Both the position numbers and the translations under genes were made by a program. Shown here in pieces: positions 12,627-24,960 of a DNA stretch of 64,000 nucleotides. Position 1 is the stretch's first letter, and every line of letters starts with the position of its first letter. Origin of the DNA: Camelus dromedarius (Eukaryota); NCBI RefSeq assembly GCF_036321535.1, contig NC_087436.1:7750001-7814000 (forward strand), in the 5' to 3' direction. Under the pieces are notes generated by a model. It was given only the letters and a program-made list of their open reading frames with translations. It searched no databases and was not told the origin of the DNA.

Positions 12627-14414
12627 GTATCAAACTGAAAGAAAGGACTTAAGTAATTCCTATATGTTCTTTACTAGAAATTTTTAAATTAAATTTACTT
12701 TATACTCATAGAAGGAAGAAAACACATTTTCTAAATCTCAGTTTAGAGATTTAATTTTGTCTCATCATTTTCCCCCAACTTTTATTCCCCTTAAAAAAAA
12801 GACACATTTTAAAGCAAATGACCAGATATTACATCATACCGAAGACTGAACTTGTTGAAAAATTGCAAAAAAATGAAAATTCTATCGGAGAAGAATGTTT
12901 GTGATAGGAAAATCAAGAAAGGGTTTCAGATAACTAGTATATAAGGTAGCCTTGTAAATACATTGAAACAGAGCTTAATGATCTAAAACTGACAAACAAA
13001 ATGATACAGGCAATTCTAGGTATGCTATCGCTTGCCCTGTGGAGTATCTTCTCTTCTTAGTGAGTATGTCTTAGTTCATACATTCTTCTCAGAACAGAAA
13101 AAAAGTAGCAGGTCTCAGAGTCCATAAGAGGGTAATTTTAATATCCTTGTGTTTTAACATTTTATATTAATGTTTATAAAAGTAAATTCCAAAGGTAAAA
13201 ACGAAATATCTTACAGATGTATTTTTTCCTTGTTGTTATTGTTTAAAACATATTCATACCTTCTTTAAAATCTATAACAAAAATCCTTATTATTGACGGC
13301 TTGGGTACTATACAAAAGTGCAGATGAGAAAAAAACCCTAAGTAGAACATGCAGTGATGTTTACGCTTAATATTTTGGTATATGTTTTTCCAGTCTTGTT
13401 CTATAAACTTAGAGTTTTATAACTCTGTGTGTTTGTCTAAATATTTAATGCTTGAATTATTATCATATACTGGTATATCATCCACTTTTCACTTGGTACT
13501 AAATATTGATCATTAACATTCTATATTAATATTTTAATAAAAATCTACATTTTGTTGGTTATATATAGTTGCAATGAAGTAAGTGCACACATATGCAACT
13601 AGTAAAGGCCTATAGGCTGGTATTTTGGTTTATACTATTGTTTTTTAATACTGGAAATGATACTACAGTAAACACAAATGTTTTTCATGTATTTTTGTTG
13701 TCATTAGTTTGTATCCCTGGATGTAAACTCTTTGACCAAACTTTGCTATTAATTTAATGGTTTTGATACAAGAATTGTGGAAGCAATTTAACCTGATGAT
13801 CCATTTTTCTATACATCTTGGACGACATTTTTCAGGAAAAAGTAGAATTCTGTTGCTGTATTTTTTATTTAATTTTACATAGATTATGTTCCTTTTTATA
13901 CTTCTTTTGGTCACGTGCAGTTTTTATTTATGAAATTTCTCAAATTGTTCTTTATTCATTTCAAGGGAGGTGTTTAAATTTTCTTAATAATCTTTAACAT
14001 AATTTTTAATTTTCATTCATAAATAGATCCTTTCAGATATTTTTAAATTTATAGACTTTCAGAAACTACTGATATCTATCAATATTACTCTCAAATAAAG
14101 CAGTTTATTGTTCTTACTTTTCACTTACTACGAACACATTTCCCCTAGGCTCTGTAACTCCTAATTAGAATCACTTATAAGCAAGTTATCTAATAGTTGC
14201 AATGATAATAAGCTAGAAAAGTGTATATTTTATTTACTCTAATATATATTTCCATTACTATTAATTGCTACATGCTCTTAGTAGCTTCAAAATTGGGCTC
14301 TTTGACCTTCATTTATTTCATATCTTAATGGGAAATTTTCTGTATAGGAATGTGCAGGAATGAAATCAGACATAGAGATGACATCCTGCTCTATTTTGCC
14401 TACTTGATGTATGT

Positions 14415-14887
14415 TGTGAACGAAAATACTGCAACCACATCAGTAAACAAAGAATGCTGAAACCAAGTCACCAGCGGCTGCCGCCACCCCCCAGTGAAGA
14501 CAGGCCTGCAGCCCGGCCTCTGCAGCCACTCACAGTGGTGCCCTCTGAGCGGACTCAGAATGAAAAAGGACAGGATCCTGGCCCTAGATAGCTAGGTGCT
14601 TGTCAAAGGGAGGAATTAAGTGAGCCCAAATGTTTGCTTCCTCCCATACATAGAAAAGCACTAAATCCTTTAACTTAAGATGCTTGGTTTTCTTTAGGTA
14701 ACAAGCAATCTTTTATTGTTCCAACTCCTGGTCTTTGTTGTAAAGCTCCTATAGATCCTAGATCCTCCCCTACCTCTTCAGAGCAGCCCCTCAGAGCGAT
14801 CTGAGAGGCTGACATCCCGGTTTGAGTCCTCCTGCCAAATAAAACATAACTCTTAACTTTTAGGCTACACATTTATTTCAGTCAACA
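14415..14887 (+). mobile_element. Solo ERV1 LTR (473 bp)
   Basis: TGtgaac...gtcaaCA termini, perfect 4-bp TSD atgt (14411-14414 and 14888-14891), AATAAA at 14838-14843. Confidence 0.92.
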
Positions 14888-17009
14888 ATGTCAATGATAA
14901 AATTTTGATTTTATTGGAATGAAATAATGAATAACATTTGTTTCATGTTCAAGAAGTCTGCATTTATTTACATAATGCAGACTTTGGGGGCAAATTATTA
15001 AAAATATACACATATAGGGGATTTCTTGATGTGGTAGATTTGTGAAAATAAGATCAATATCCAATGTTGGCAAAAGTTTTGGAGGAAGACCACTCCTACA
15101 CACAGCTGACGGGAATCTACTAGTTTAGAGACTTTTGGAGAGTATTTGGGAAACATTTTGTAATAACTGCTAAGACATCATTATAATAGTATTTGGGGTA
15201 ATGTAGAAAAGACAGAGTCTGGTGTGACTTTTCAACATTTTCATAAAGAAATTAAAATGATCTCATAATAAAAGAATAGAAGAATGGCTAAAGATATCTT
15301 CTGCCCACATGACAATCCTGTTTTATATTACAATATCTCATAATCTTTCTTTGTATCCCCTTCAACAGTGCCTTTAGCCCAAGACAGAGGTATTTGTCCC
15401 CAAAAGTGGAAGTGAGTTTTTATTTTCAGAGACATACACACTTCCATGATGACTAAAAGTTTCCCAGGTGATTCTGGATTTTATTGATAATTTGGCACGA
15501 AAGACATGACAAGAATTTTTGATCTTCTCACAGTGGTCTAGCCTAATAAAATGCGTTTAATACTTACAGATTACCTAAAGAACATGTGAAAGTGAACATT
15601 TCTAAGGCAGTTCATCTCCTGTGTGATTATGTGCATTAATGTGTAATGTTACAGAACTAGGGGAAGAAATATTCGTCAAAGCACCTGTGACTTCTGAAAC
15701 TTACTACTTAAAAGGTGAGCACAAAATAAATACAGTCCTTCTTATTGGGACCTAAATACATATTAAAATCTTATAGAAATTATATAATCATTTATGTTAA
15801 AATTCCATTTTGGTTAAGTTAGTGCAGATAATTAAGATGTTTAAAAATATTTCCCTATAATGATGTTAGTTGAAGTTCTTGCAGAAGAGTTAAAAAGTGT
15901 AAGCAATTTAAATGAAGAATTTATTCAAGTTGACTATCCTAGAGCAGAATAGTCTGTAGTCATGACAAATGCACACCCAAATAGCAACACTTTTAATTCA
16001 TATTTTGAGTGAAAAAAAATCTATAAATAGTGCAGTAAAACAACTTTTTCATAAAGGAAAAAATGCAGGTAAACATGCTTAAAAAAAGATTTTCAAATAT
16101 AAAAAGAAAAAAATACATTACCTCTGCATAAATATAAGTAATGAGTTTTTAAGGTCTTCTTTGTACATGCAATTTATATATTTTTTTCTTATAAATGTCA
16201 ATTATTTTATAATGAGAAAAATAAAGATAACTAACACATTAAAAAATATAGCTGGGAGAGCTAAGTGAACTTTGCTTTTGCAAATCACAATAACCAAGTT
16301 TCTGTTTAAGTCCACTCGTAACAGAGGAAGAATGGGAACCATGCTTTTTTCCTTCTGGTTTTTGTTCTTTCCTCTGCACAGTGATGGTTTTCACACAGTT
16401 TGAACGAGTTTAAATAGTGTTAACCAATATGACACTTACTATATGCTTCAACATATTTATTCAGATGTTAAATAGACTGCTAAAAATCAGAAATCTAGTC
16501 CATATTACATCTTTCTCATAAAACCAAATGGAATAAAATTACCCCAAAACTATGTATTGTAGGTTGTATTTTGCTTACATAATGTCTACCCTTAGTAAGC
16601 ATAAATGCAAATCAAACAGAGGTAGCAAAGGCAGCATTTTGCTCATCCCTCTGTGTCACTGTGGCTTCATCCTTTCATTTGGAAAGCTCCACAGTGAAAA
16701 GGAATGCTAAGCCTTGAAGTCACTCCCAGGACTCCATTTATTAGGCTCTTGAAAAAATATTAAGAAAAAGGAACCAAACTTAAAAATCATTCAAACATCT
16801 AAAGTCAAGGGACTTGCTGTGGCTGAGAAAGCTCCTCTCATTCCAAGTCAATACTCTCTGACATGCGACATCTGATTTTCTTCTGTTAGGACATTTGCAT
16901 TAAATTTCATGAAGCAATATGATGAAGAGAGAGTATAAAAACCATTCCTCAGGTACAATAAACAGCAAGGATGGTGCTCCAGCTGAGTGTCTTTAAGTAC
17001 ACTAAAGAG

Positions 17010-17181
17010 ATTTCTTTTCTATTTCTTTTTAATTGAAGTCAAGTCAGTTACAATGTGTCAATTTCTGAGGTACAGCATAATGTCCCAGTCATGCATATAC
17101 ATACATATATTTGTTTTCACATTCTTTTTCACTAAAGGTTATTACAAGTTAGTGAATACAGTTTCCTGTGCTATACAGAAG
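17010..17181 (-). mobile_element. Short young LINE-1 3' end
   Basis: T-rich tail then attgaagt..tacaatgtgtcaatttctg..cctgtgctatacag, homologous to other copies in the window. Confidence 0.85.
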
Positions 17182-17804
17182 ACCTTTAGGTCTATGAATT
17201 ACTAGCTTTAAGTTGCAGGCCCTGTCAAGATTCTAGTTGAATAAATTCAAACATCATTTATAAAATTGATCTCTACAAATCAAGACACAATCTGAATCTC
17301 TGAATGCAGAACACACGTTAAAATAGAAAGAAAGGGGAATCATGAATGAAAACATATAAACATTTAAGACAAGAAGGGACTAAAGCTATTTTTTTTTCAG
17401 CTTTATTCAGCCCTGATACTGTGACTTTTTAAAGGATTTGAGAATTTGTACTTAAGGTCCAATTTAGCTAAATTTTATAAAAGAGTAGAAAGTTGATTCT
17501 CTCACTAGGGTGATAAATTAAATCTGTCAAATTGATGTGGTGTAAAAGAAAGATTAAAGACTCATTACCTAAAGAGACTCCAGGTAAATTGTCACTTATT
17601 GTTTTATGACAACACTGGTTAAGAGTTTAGAATTTAGCCATATAATTTCCTCATCTCCATCTCAATGCAGCATTTTCTTATGCTGTTTGTTCTTACTCTT
17701 GTTCTCAGTCTTTCTCTTCTATTTTTATTTTTCCTTTTTTCTCTCCTTTGCTCTTTTCTCTACTTCTTTTTTCTCTAGTATCGTCTTTACATTTTACATT
17801 TGTG

Positions 17805-18085
17805 TGATAAATGAAAGAATGAGACAAGCCATAAATTGGGTAAAAATATTTATAAATGACATATCTGTTAAAGGACTGTTATCCAAAATATAAAAAGAAT
17901 TCTTCAAACTCAACAGTAAGAAAACAAACAACCTTATTAAAAAATAATCAAATATCTGAGCAGACACCTCATTAAAGCAGGTGTAGATATGATAAATAAG
18001 ATAAGACATACAAACGGCCAAGAGGCACATGAAATAACACTCGGTATTGCTTATTATCAGAGAAATGCAAATCAAAACTAAAATG
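17805..18085 (+). mobile_element. Old LINE-1 (L1MC-like) ORF2 fragment
   Basis: Peptide [25 protein letters not shown]; sequence gaaatgcaaatcaaaact. Confidence 0.8.
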
Positions 18086-18884
18086 ACCATCATTAAGATG
18101 TCCACAAATGATAAATGTTGGAGAAGATGTGGAAAAAAGGGAACCCTCCTACGCTGTTGGTGGGAATGTAATTTGGTGCAACCATTATGGAAAACAGTAT
18201 AGGGACTCCTTAAAAAACTAAAAATAGATTTAACCTATGATCCAGCAATCCCACTCCTTGGCATGTATCTGGAGGGAACTCTAATTCAAAAACATACATT
18301 GCACCCCAATATTCATAGCCACACTATTTACAATAGCCAAGACGTGGAAACAACCTAAATGTCCATTGACAGATGACTGGATAAAGAAGTTGCAGTATAT
18401 TTATACAAGGGAATACTACTCAACCATAAAGAAGAATAAAATAATGCCATTTGCAGCAACATGGATGGACCTGGAGATTGTCATTCTAAGTGAAGTAAGT
18501 CAGGAAGAGAAAGAAAAATACCATATGGTATCTCTCATATGTGGAATCTAAAAAATGACACAAAGGAACTTATTTACAAAACAGAAACAGACTCTCAGAC
18601 ATAGAAAACAAACTTATGGTTCCTGGTGGGGAGTGGGTAGGAAGGGATAAATTGGGAGTTTGAGATTTGCAGATACTAACTACTATGTATAAAATAAACA
18701 ACAAGTTTCTACTGTAGAGCACAGGGAACTGTGTTCAGTATCTTGTAGTAACCTGTAATGAAAGAGCATCTGAGAACACAGGTGTGTATGTGTGTGTGTG
18801 ACTGAAACATGATGCTGCGCACCAGAAACTGACATAACTTTGTAAACCAACTGTACTTCAGAAAAAAAAAAGGAACAAAAAAAG
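18086..18884 (+). mobile_element. Young LINE-1, ORF2 C-terminus plus 3' UTR and A tail
   Basis: Peptide TDDWIKKLQYIYTREYYSTIKKNKIMPFAATWMDLEIVILSEVSQ; 3' UTR similar to 28769-29576; A-rich tail at about 18862-18883. Confidence 0.92.
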
Positions 18885-19100
18885 TGAGCACTACTGTAAA
18901 CTATGGACTTTGGGTGATAATGATGTGTCATTGGGGTTCATCAATTGTCATAAATGTGCCACTCTTGGGGGGACTACTGATAATAGGGGGAGGCTGTGCA
19001 CATGTGAGGGTTGGGAGTGTGTGGGGTCTCTGTGCTTGACTCAGTTTTTTTGTGAATCTAAAACTGTTCTAAAAACTAAAGTCTGGTAAAAAAAAAAAAT
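18885..19100 (+). mobile_element. Old LINE-1 (L1MC-like) 3' terminus
   Basis: gtaaactatggactttgggtgataatgatgtgtca...tgtgaatctaaaactgttctaaaaa followed by an A run. Confidence 0.85.
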
Positions 19101-21235
19101 GGAAGCTATTCCTTATGCTTAATTGCTTCTATTATTGTTGATATAATACTTAGTAAACTTGTATTTGTTTTATTAACAACCAGTATATTAAAAATAACTA
19201 AAATAATCATTTGGTAAATTAATTATTGATGCTTTTTCAGTTGGATGACTTAGAAGCTTTAAGAAGAATTTGGATAAATCTATGAATCTTCCCAATTTAT
19301 AGCAAATAATTTATTCAGTGTGGCCTTACTGGTTTTGATCAAGAATCTTACATTTCTCTGTTGCTGATTGAGTAGAGTGTAGAATTATTAACCACATTTG
19401 TAAGATAACCAATAGGTATTGAATAAATTTGTTTTTTTCTAACAAGTATTGCATAGATTGATGTAGTATATAAGAACACTGAAGAGGTAAATATATGTAA
19501 TATTATTTGGGGGAAATAAATTAATGTTATAAATTCTCAAATTGTTTCCAAATGTATCTTTATGTTTAAATGCCAGTCAAATCTTTTGCTTTAAATATAT
19601 TAGAGTGACTTAACAGCTAATTAATTTAAAGTTGAAAAGTCCTCCTGTCTATATTAAAAGCTTATTCTCAATTACAACCTGAATTAAATAAGAGATAAGA
19701 AGATTCCAAGAGCTTGAAATTTATAGTTTCATTACTCTGAAAAATTAAATCTAAAAATGTGTAAAAATTCACATTCATCATTTAGTTTCAGCACATAAAT
19801 GTAAATGGATTGGAACTAAAATTCACTCCTGACTGTAAGTCATAATTACCCCAAAACACTGCATGGACTTCATTAGATCTTACGTTTAATAAAAGCAAGG
19901 AGCTCAGAGACCTGCACACATCTGCACAAACAAGACGATTATAGTATTTAATCAGCATAAAAGTATCACCATAAGGCTTCATTTAGGGGCATTTTCAAAA
20001 AACAAAATCAAGGAAGACGATCTTGGAAATGAAATCCTATTTTCAGGTTGACAGTTGCTGTAACAAAATGCAGCTAATTTTTACGCAGCTGTCTTTTCAC
20101 GTTCCTTTTCTATGTCTAACAAATTAGTAAAGAGAAAAATGAGGACATTATTGGAAACACCGATGGCGTTCACTCTCTCGGTTAGGCACACAAGCATTTG
20201 CAAATGCCAGCAATGTTTCTTTCAATTTCTAATTTTATATGATTCATGCTATTAAATAGCAACTGTTAAGAAGTCACTTTGGGAAACATTGTTTAGGGGA
20301 TAAGATGCATAAACCTTGTTACAGGCAATGGAAGCTGTACTTCTGATGTTCTATGCAGAGCGAATCGGAGAATATGCTACATTTTCAGACAAATGGGAGG
20401 CTCTGAATTTTAGAATTTGGTTGAAATTTTTCTGTAAATTCTTAGAAAACACAGATTTACTCTTAAGTTGTTTTTGTTTAATTTAGTGGATCGTTCAAAT
20501 GATACAAGCTTTATATTCTTATAATTACTTGACGAACACACCATTCATACTACTCTGCTTTAAAGCAGCCTTATTAATGCAATAACTATCAAGATTTTAT
20601 TTTTAGTGTCTCTTTTCATGCTAAAATGCATATTATCTTTTAATAGGAATTGATTTAAAAATTATGAAATCATCAGTTGCCTACTGTGTACTTCTGGAAG
20701 CATTTAGACAAAAGTTCTGCAATTTCATTACAAAATAGTGTCTATTATGACTGGAGTCATCATTACTTTGAGGAATATATGAATTCGCTATTATATATCT
20801 GATTACGATTCAATATCACCTGGTTTTCAACAACTCACTCACTACTGAGCACTAAAATTTAGGTAATTCAAACAGGGGGCCCGGAATCTATGTGCTTCTA
20901 TAAGAAATAAGAACCTGATACAAAGGAAGCAGAATGGCAATGTGAATATACTTTAGTCCTTTAAAACAGTGCACTCAAAATTTGGAATACAAAAAATATT
21001 GCATGATTACACCACTGTAATGATTTTTCAAAGCAATTTGAACACAGACTAAAGGCTTCAACGTTAAGTTTGGACTATTGTTTTGCTCTATGGTTGATGG
21101 ACTCTCTCAGGACATGTCAGTGCGATTCCAATCGTAATACAGAGTGTTGGACTTTTACGCCTCTCACCGAAAGCAAGATTTTAGTAGGGTCAACTTCAAA
21201 TGGCAAAATGTCAATGTGTACTCCTTTAGAAGTTA

Positions 21236-21340
21236 AACACACACACATAGACAGATACATAGGTGCGTACATAGATACATGTGTATATTTATATGTACTA
21301 TATATAGTTACAAATATATATGTGTATATGTCTCTCTATA
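21236..21340. repeat. Degenerate (CA)/(TA) low-complexity tract
   Basis: acacacacacatagacagatacat...tatatatgtgtatatg. Confidence 0.7.
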
Positions 21341-23121
21341 GTAGGCCAGTCAATATTATCCGATGTTTTTTTAGTAAACAGAAAAGAAATATATCAGAAT
21401 AATTATGGAAAAAGTTGGTTACTTATTTTAACCAATAATCTTATCAAACCAGTTCTCTTTCTGTTCACTTGCTCCCTTACCTCTGCACTTTGCATAACTA
21501 AAATTCCTCCCTCAGTCTTTAAATATGTATGTTATAGTTTTCAAGTAAGAGTATATATATAAATATACATAGGAAATCTATATGTAATCTATATGAATAT
21601 TTGTTTATATTATAAATATTTATTATATTTATAACAAGCATTTAAAGTATATATAAATGGAGTGAGAGAGAATCTACATACATATAACACACGTGTGTGG
21701 GCAATCTTGGGGAAATACCCAAATATTCATAATTATATTTTCTTGCCACATGGCAGTTCTGAACTTAGAAGCATACAGTGCCTGTCCTCTTTTCAAATAG
21801 CTTTATTTGTTGGTTAAGCAGATGGCTACTCTCTCTTACTTGGTTCTGGGGAAGCTAAGTTAGTCTGTAGAATGAATTTCAAAGTCTTCAGCACAACGAA
21901 GCCATGTCTTCAACCCAATGAGACTCTATGCTGTTGGTTCGTGGAAAAGGAGGCTCAATTTGAGAAGGTAAGTTTCCCATGCTTATACCAGAAGCCTCAA
22001 TTGGTGAGAAAGCAATGCAGGCTTATAGGTAGAGAAAAGATCACATCATCCAAATATTTAGCTCTCACTGTTTTCTGTTCAACTTTACGTGTTCACTCAT
22101 TCAAACTTTTTCTCTTCAAATATCTGCAACTGACCAGAGCCTCTTCCTTTGATAAGTTACAAATCAATGTTTTCTCATTATTCACTGTTAAGAAGAGTCT
22201 TACTTTCCGCATATCCACTAATACAGAGAACAAGAGTATAACATTTCCTGTTGCAAAAAGCAATTATTCAGACTTAAAGGTACAGAATTTCAATAAATTC
22301 ATAAATGACAGTGTCTAATAACAACAGGATAAAAAAATTCATAAAACTGAACGAATATATGATTATCATTATTTTCAATAACACTCATTTATGTATATGA
22401 AAATTATATATATTTAATTATACATATATATAACTATTATATTTATGTATATGCGTGTGTATATAAACATCATGGAAATACCAAAAAATGCCCAAAATAT
22501 GTAAATAAAAATTAAACTGACCTAACATTCCAGGAGACAGAATTAACCACTGCTTTCTTTTTATTATATTAATTATAGACCTTTTTCCTACATTACTATC
22601 CAGAATTCTTAGGCTCAGTTTGTACACACGAATGTGTGTGTTTATATTCAAGTAGTAGCCGTTTCTACCTCATCAAGCTATGGGTACAAATATAACATAC
22701 AAGTGCCAATAACCGTAATGTTATTAACTTTTCTCTCCTGCGACCCCTGTAGCTCCCCGCCTCCTTAGCCATTTCCCTTTCCTGTTACCTTAACACAGCT
22801 TCAGGGGTGTCTCCCACATGCTCAGGAATACATTTAGGGGAATTCTCTTTTTACAAACTACAAAGTATATCCCTGTACTGTGTTTTCTCCTCCTGGTCAC
22901 CACTCCCAGGGCTTCTCCTAGTACTAATAGTCTTTAAAGGCACTGGCTGCATCCACTTGGCCATGTTATTCCATTTTTCCATTCACCTTTTTATTGGCAT
23001 GGTATCTCTTTTGAATGGATACTGAATTTCTCAAAAGCTCTTCATTTTGTTGCAGAAGTAAGATGAGTGGACTTCTCACATCATATCAGTCATTGGGGTT
23101 ATTTATGTATTTATATATATA

Positions 23122-23261
23122 TTTTTTTTGCAGGGGGAGGTAATTAAGTTTGCTTATTTATTTTATTTATTTATTATTTTTTCGTGGAGGTACTGGGGCT
23201 TGAACCCAGGACCTCATATATGCTAGGCATACACTCTACCATTGGAGCTATACTCTCCCCC
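23122..23261 (-). mobile_element. tRNA-derived SINE, camelid Vic-1 type
   Basis: Reverse complement reads gggggagagtatagctccaatggtagagtg..gaggtcctgggttcaagccccagtacctcc (A and B boxes), then (aaat)n, taattacctcccc and poly-A. Confidence 0.9.
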
Positions 23262-24109
23262 TCACATCACTCATTCTGATGGAACCAGAGCAATCTCTCT
23301 TCTCCAGTTTGAGTCCCTTTCTGAAGGCACCACTTTCTTATCCCCTCGCCCCAGATGTCACCATGAGCTCATTTTGGAAATCTGTGACTTGCCGTCTTCC
23401 CCATTAATGTCACCCCAATGTACACGAATGCACACTTCACTGATTTTGCCAAAACCCCCAACGTATTTCTACCACTGAGATGGGTTTGGAGAGTCCAAGT
23501 ATCTGCTAAACCCATGAAGAAATGCCTGATTGCATTGGTGGGTTCAGGGATAGGCCCATCTGGAGTACACACCAGACTGTAACATGCAGGCTAAACTCTT
23601 TTCTTTTAAGGACTGTTTGGGAAAATTTACTTTTTGGAATATTTTTACAAACTGTGATTTGATCTCTAACTCGCTTTAGCATTATTTTGCTTCACAGTCA
23701 TTTGAAACTTATAAGTAGTAAAATCTAGTGCTCTGTGTTTTTAACTACTTCACTTTATTTTATATTAAGGCAGTGCACTCCTAATTGGAGGTTTATTAAC
23801 TATTCACTTTTTCTTTCATCTTTTATGATTTTATATTTATCTCTTTTATTCACCTGCCATTTGTTTGCTATCTGCTAAGCAGAAGTACAGCTTAATATTC
23901 TGTCTGCACATTAACAGGGGCCCAGAGAAGCCTTCTCCAGGTATTGTGATTGCAACTGGGAAGGCAGAAGTGGGTATAAAAATTGAGGACTCATATGTTT
24001 CCCAGTGAACTTGACGCCTTTAGGAGAAAACGTATGTAAAACACAAATTTACACAAATATTTAAGGGATGCCACATGTGGTCATTTTTGCTTTTACTGTT
24101 CTTAATACT

Positions 24110-24960
24110 TAATACTTAACATTTACCAAGTGCTTCCTGTGAGCCTCACACTAGGAAGACCCGTTATAAATTTTAGTAATTGGGTATAAGGACTAGAAAA
24201 GAGAGGCACACATGCCATCCGGTTTTGCTGGCTTGAGAAACAGGGTAAGTGATGACACAATTAAGGAACTCCTTGCATGAACTGATTCAGGGAGAAAAAC
24301 TGCAAGCTCAATTTGGGACAGATTACTTGATATGTTTATGAGAATTCTAAGAAGAAACGATCCAGAGGTGTGTCTGGGTGACCTCAGCAAGACCAGTCTC
24401 ACTGGAATGATGGAGTCAGAAGCCAAATTAAATGGAATGGAAGAGAGAGTAGAAAACAAGCAATAGAAACAGAAAGAGCACACAAAAGTTCATAAAAACA
24501 AGACGTAAAATAAATGAGAGATGGGTGTGAACTGGAGCAGAACAGAGTCAAGAGAGTGTCACTGTTCATAAGAAGGGAAAGAATTTAACAGGTAACATAC
24601 CTTGAAAGGTAGAGTCCAGTATAGAAAAACAAGCGTGTATCCAGAGGCTGTGAGAGAAAATATATAACCAGACAGCTGAGAGGAGGAAGGGGTTGTGATA
24701 AAGGCAGAGTCAAAGGAATTGGCTACAGATCAAACCAGAGTCATTCATGCATTAGAACCATAGGGAAGGAGGTCTAGGTTGACACACACATGAATTTGTT
24801 GGGGGCAAGGTGAGAGTCTTTTGACTAGATTCCCTTTAACCTGAATCTGAGGTCATCTGCTTAAGGACCTTGAAAGAAAGTCAAGAAGGTTAAAAGTAAT
24901 GATTGAGGAGAATGAGGAGGAGAATCGACAAAGGAAAGAGAAGGTTGCTGCTCAGAACCG
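24110..24960 (-). mobile_element. Ancient L2 LINE fragments
   Basis: Starts aacatttaccaagtgcttcctgtg (L2 3' end), followed by purine-rich L2-like sequence (ggaatgatggagtcagaagccaaatt). Confidence 0.55.

Noticed and set aside
13380..16240. Possible very old L1ME-type fragments around 13.4-13.9 kb and 15.0-16.2 kb
   Set aside because: Similarity is too decayed for me to support or set boundaries without an HMM search.
21872..22318. 148-aa plus-strand ORF as a coding gene
   Set aside because: No recognisable domain, AT-rich low-information composition and no supporting gene structure.
23185..23261. tRNA gene (A and B boxes), also at 26611-26670
   Set aside because: Followed by a SINE body and an A-rich tail, with degenerate stems; these are tRNA-derived SINEs.
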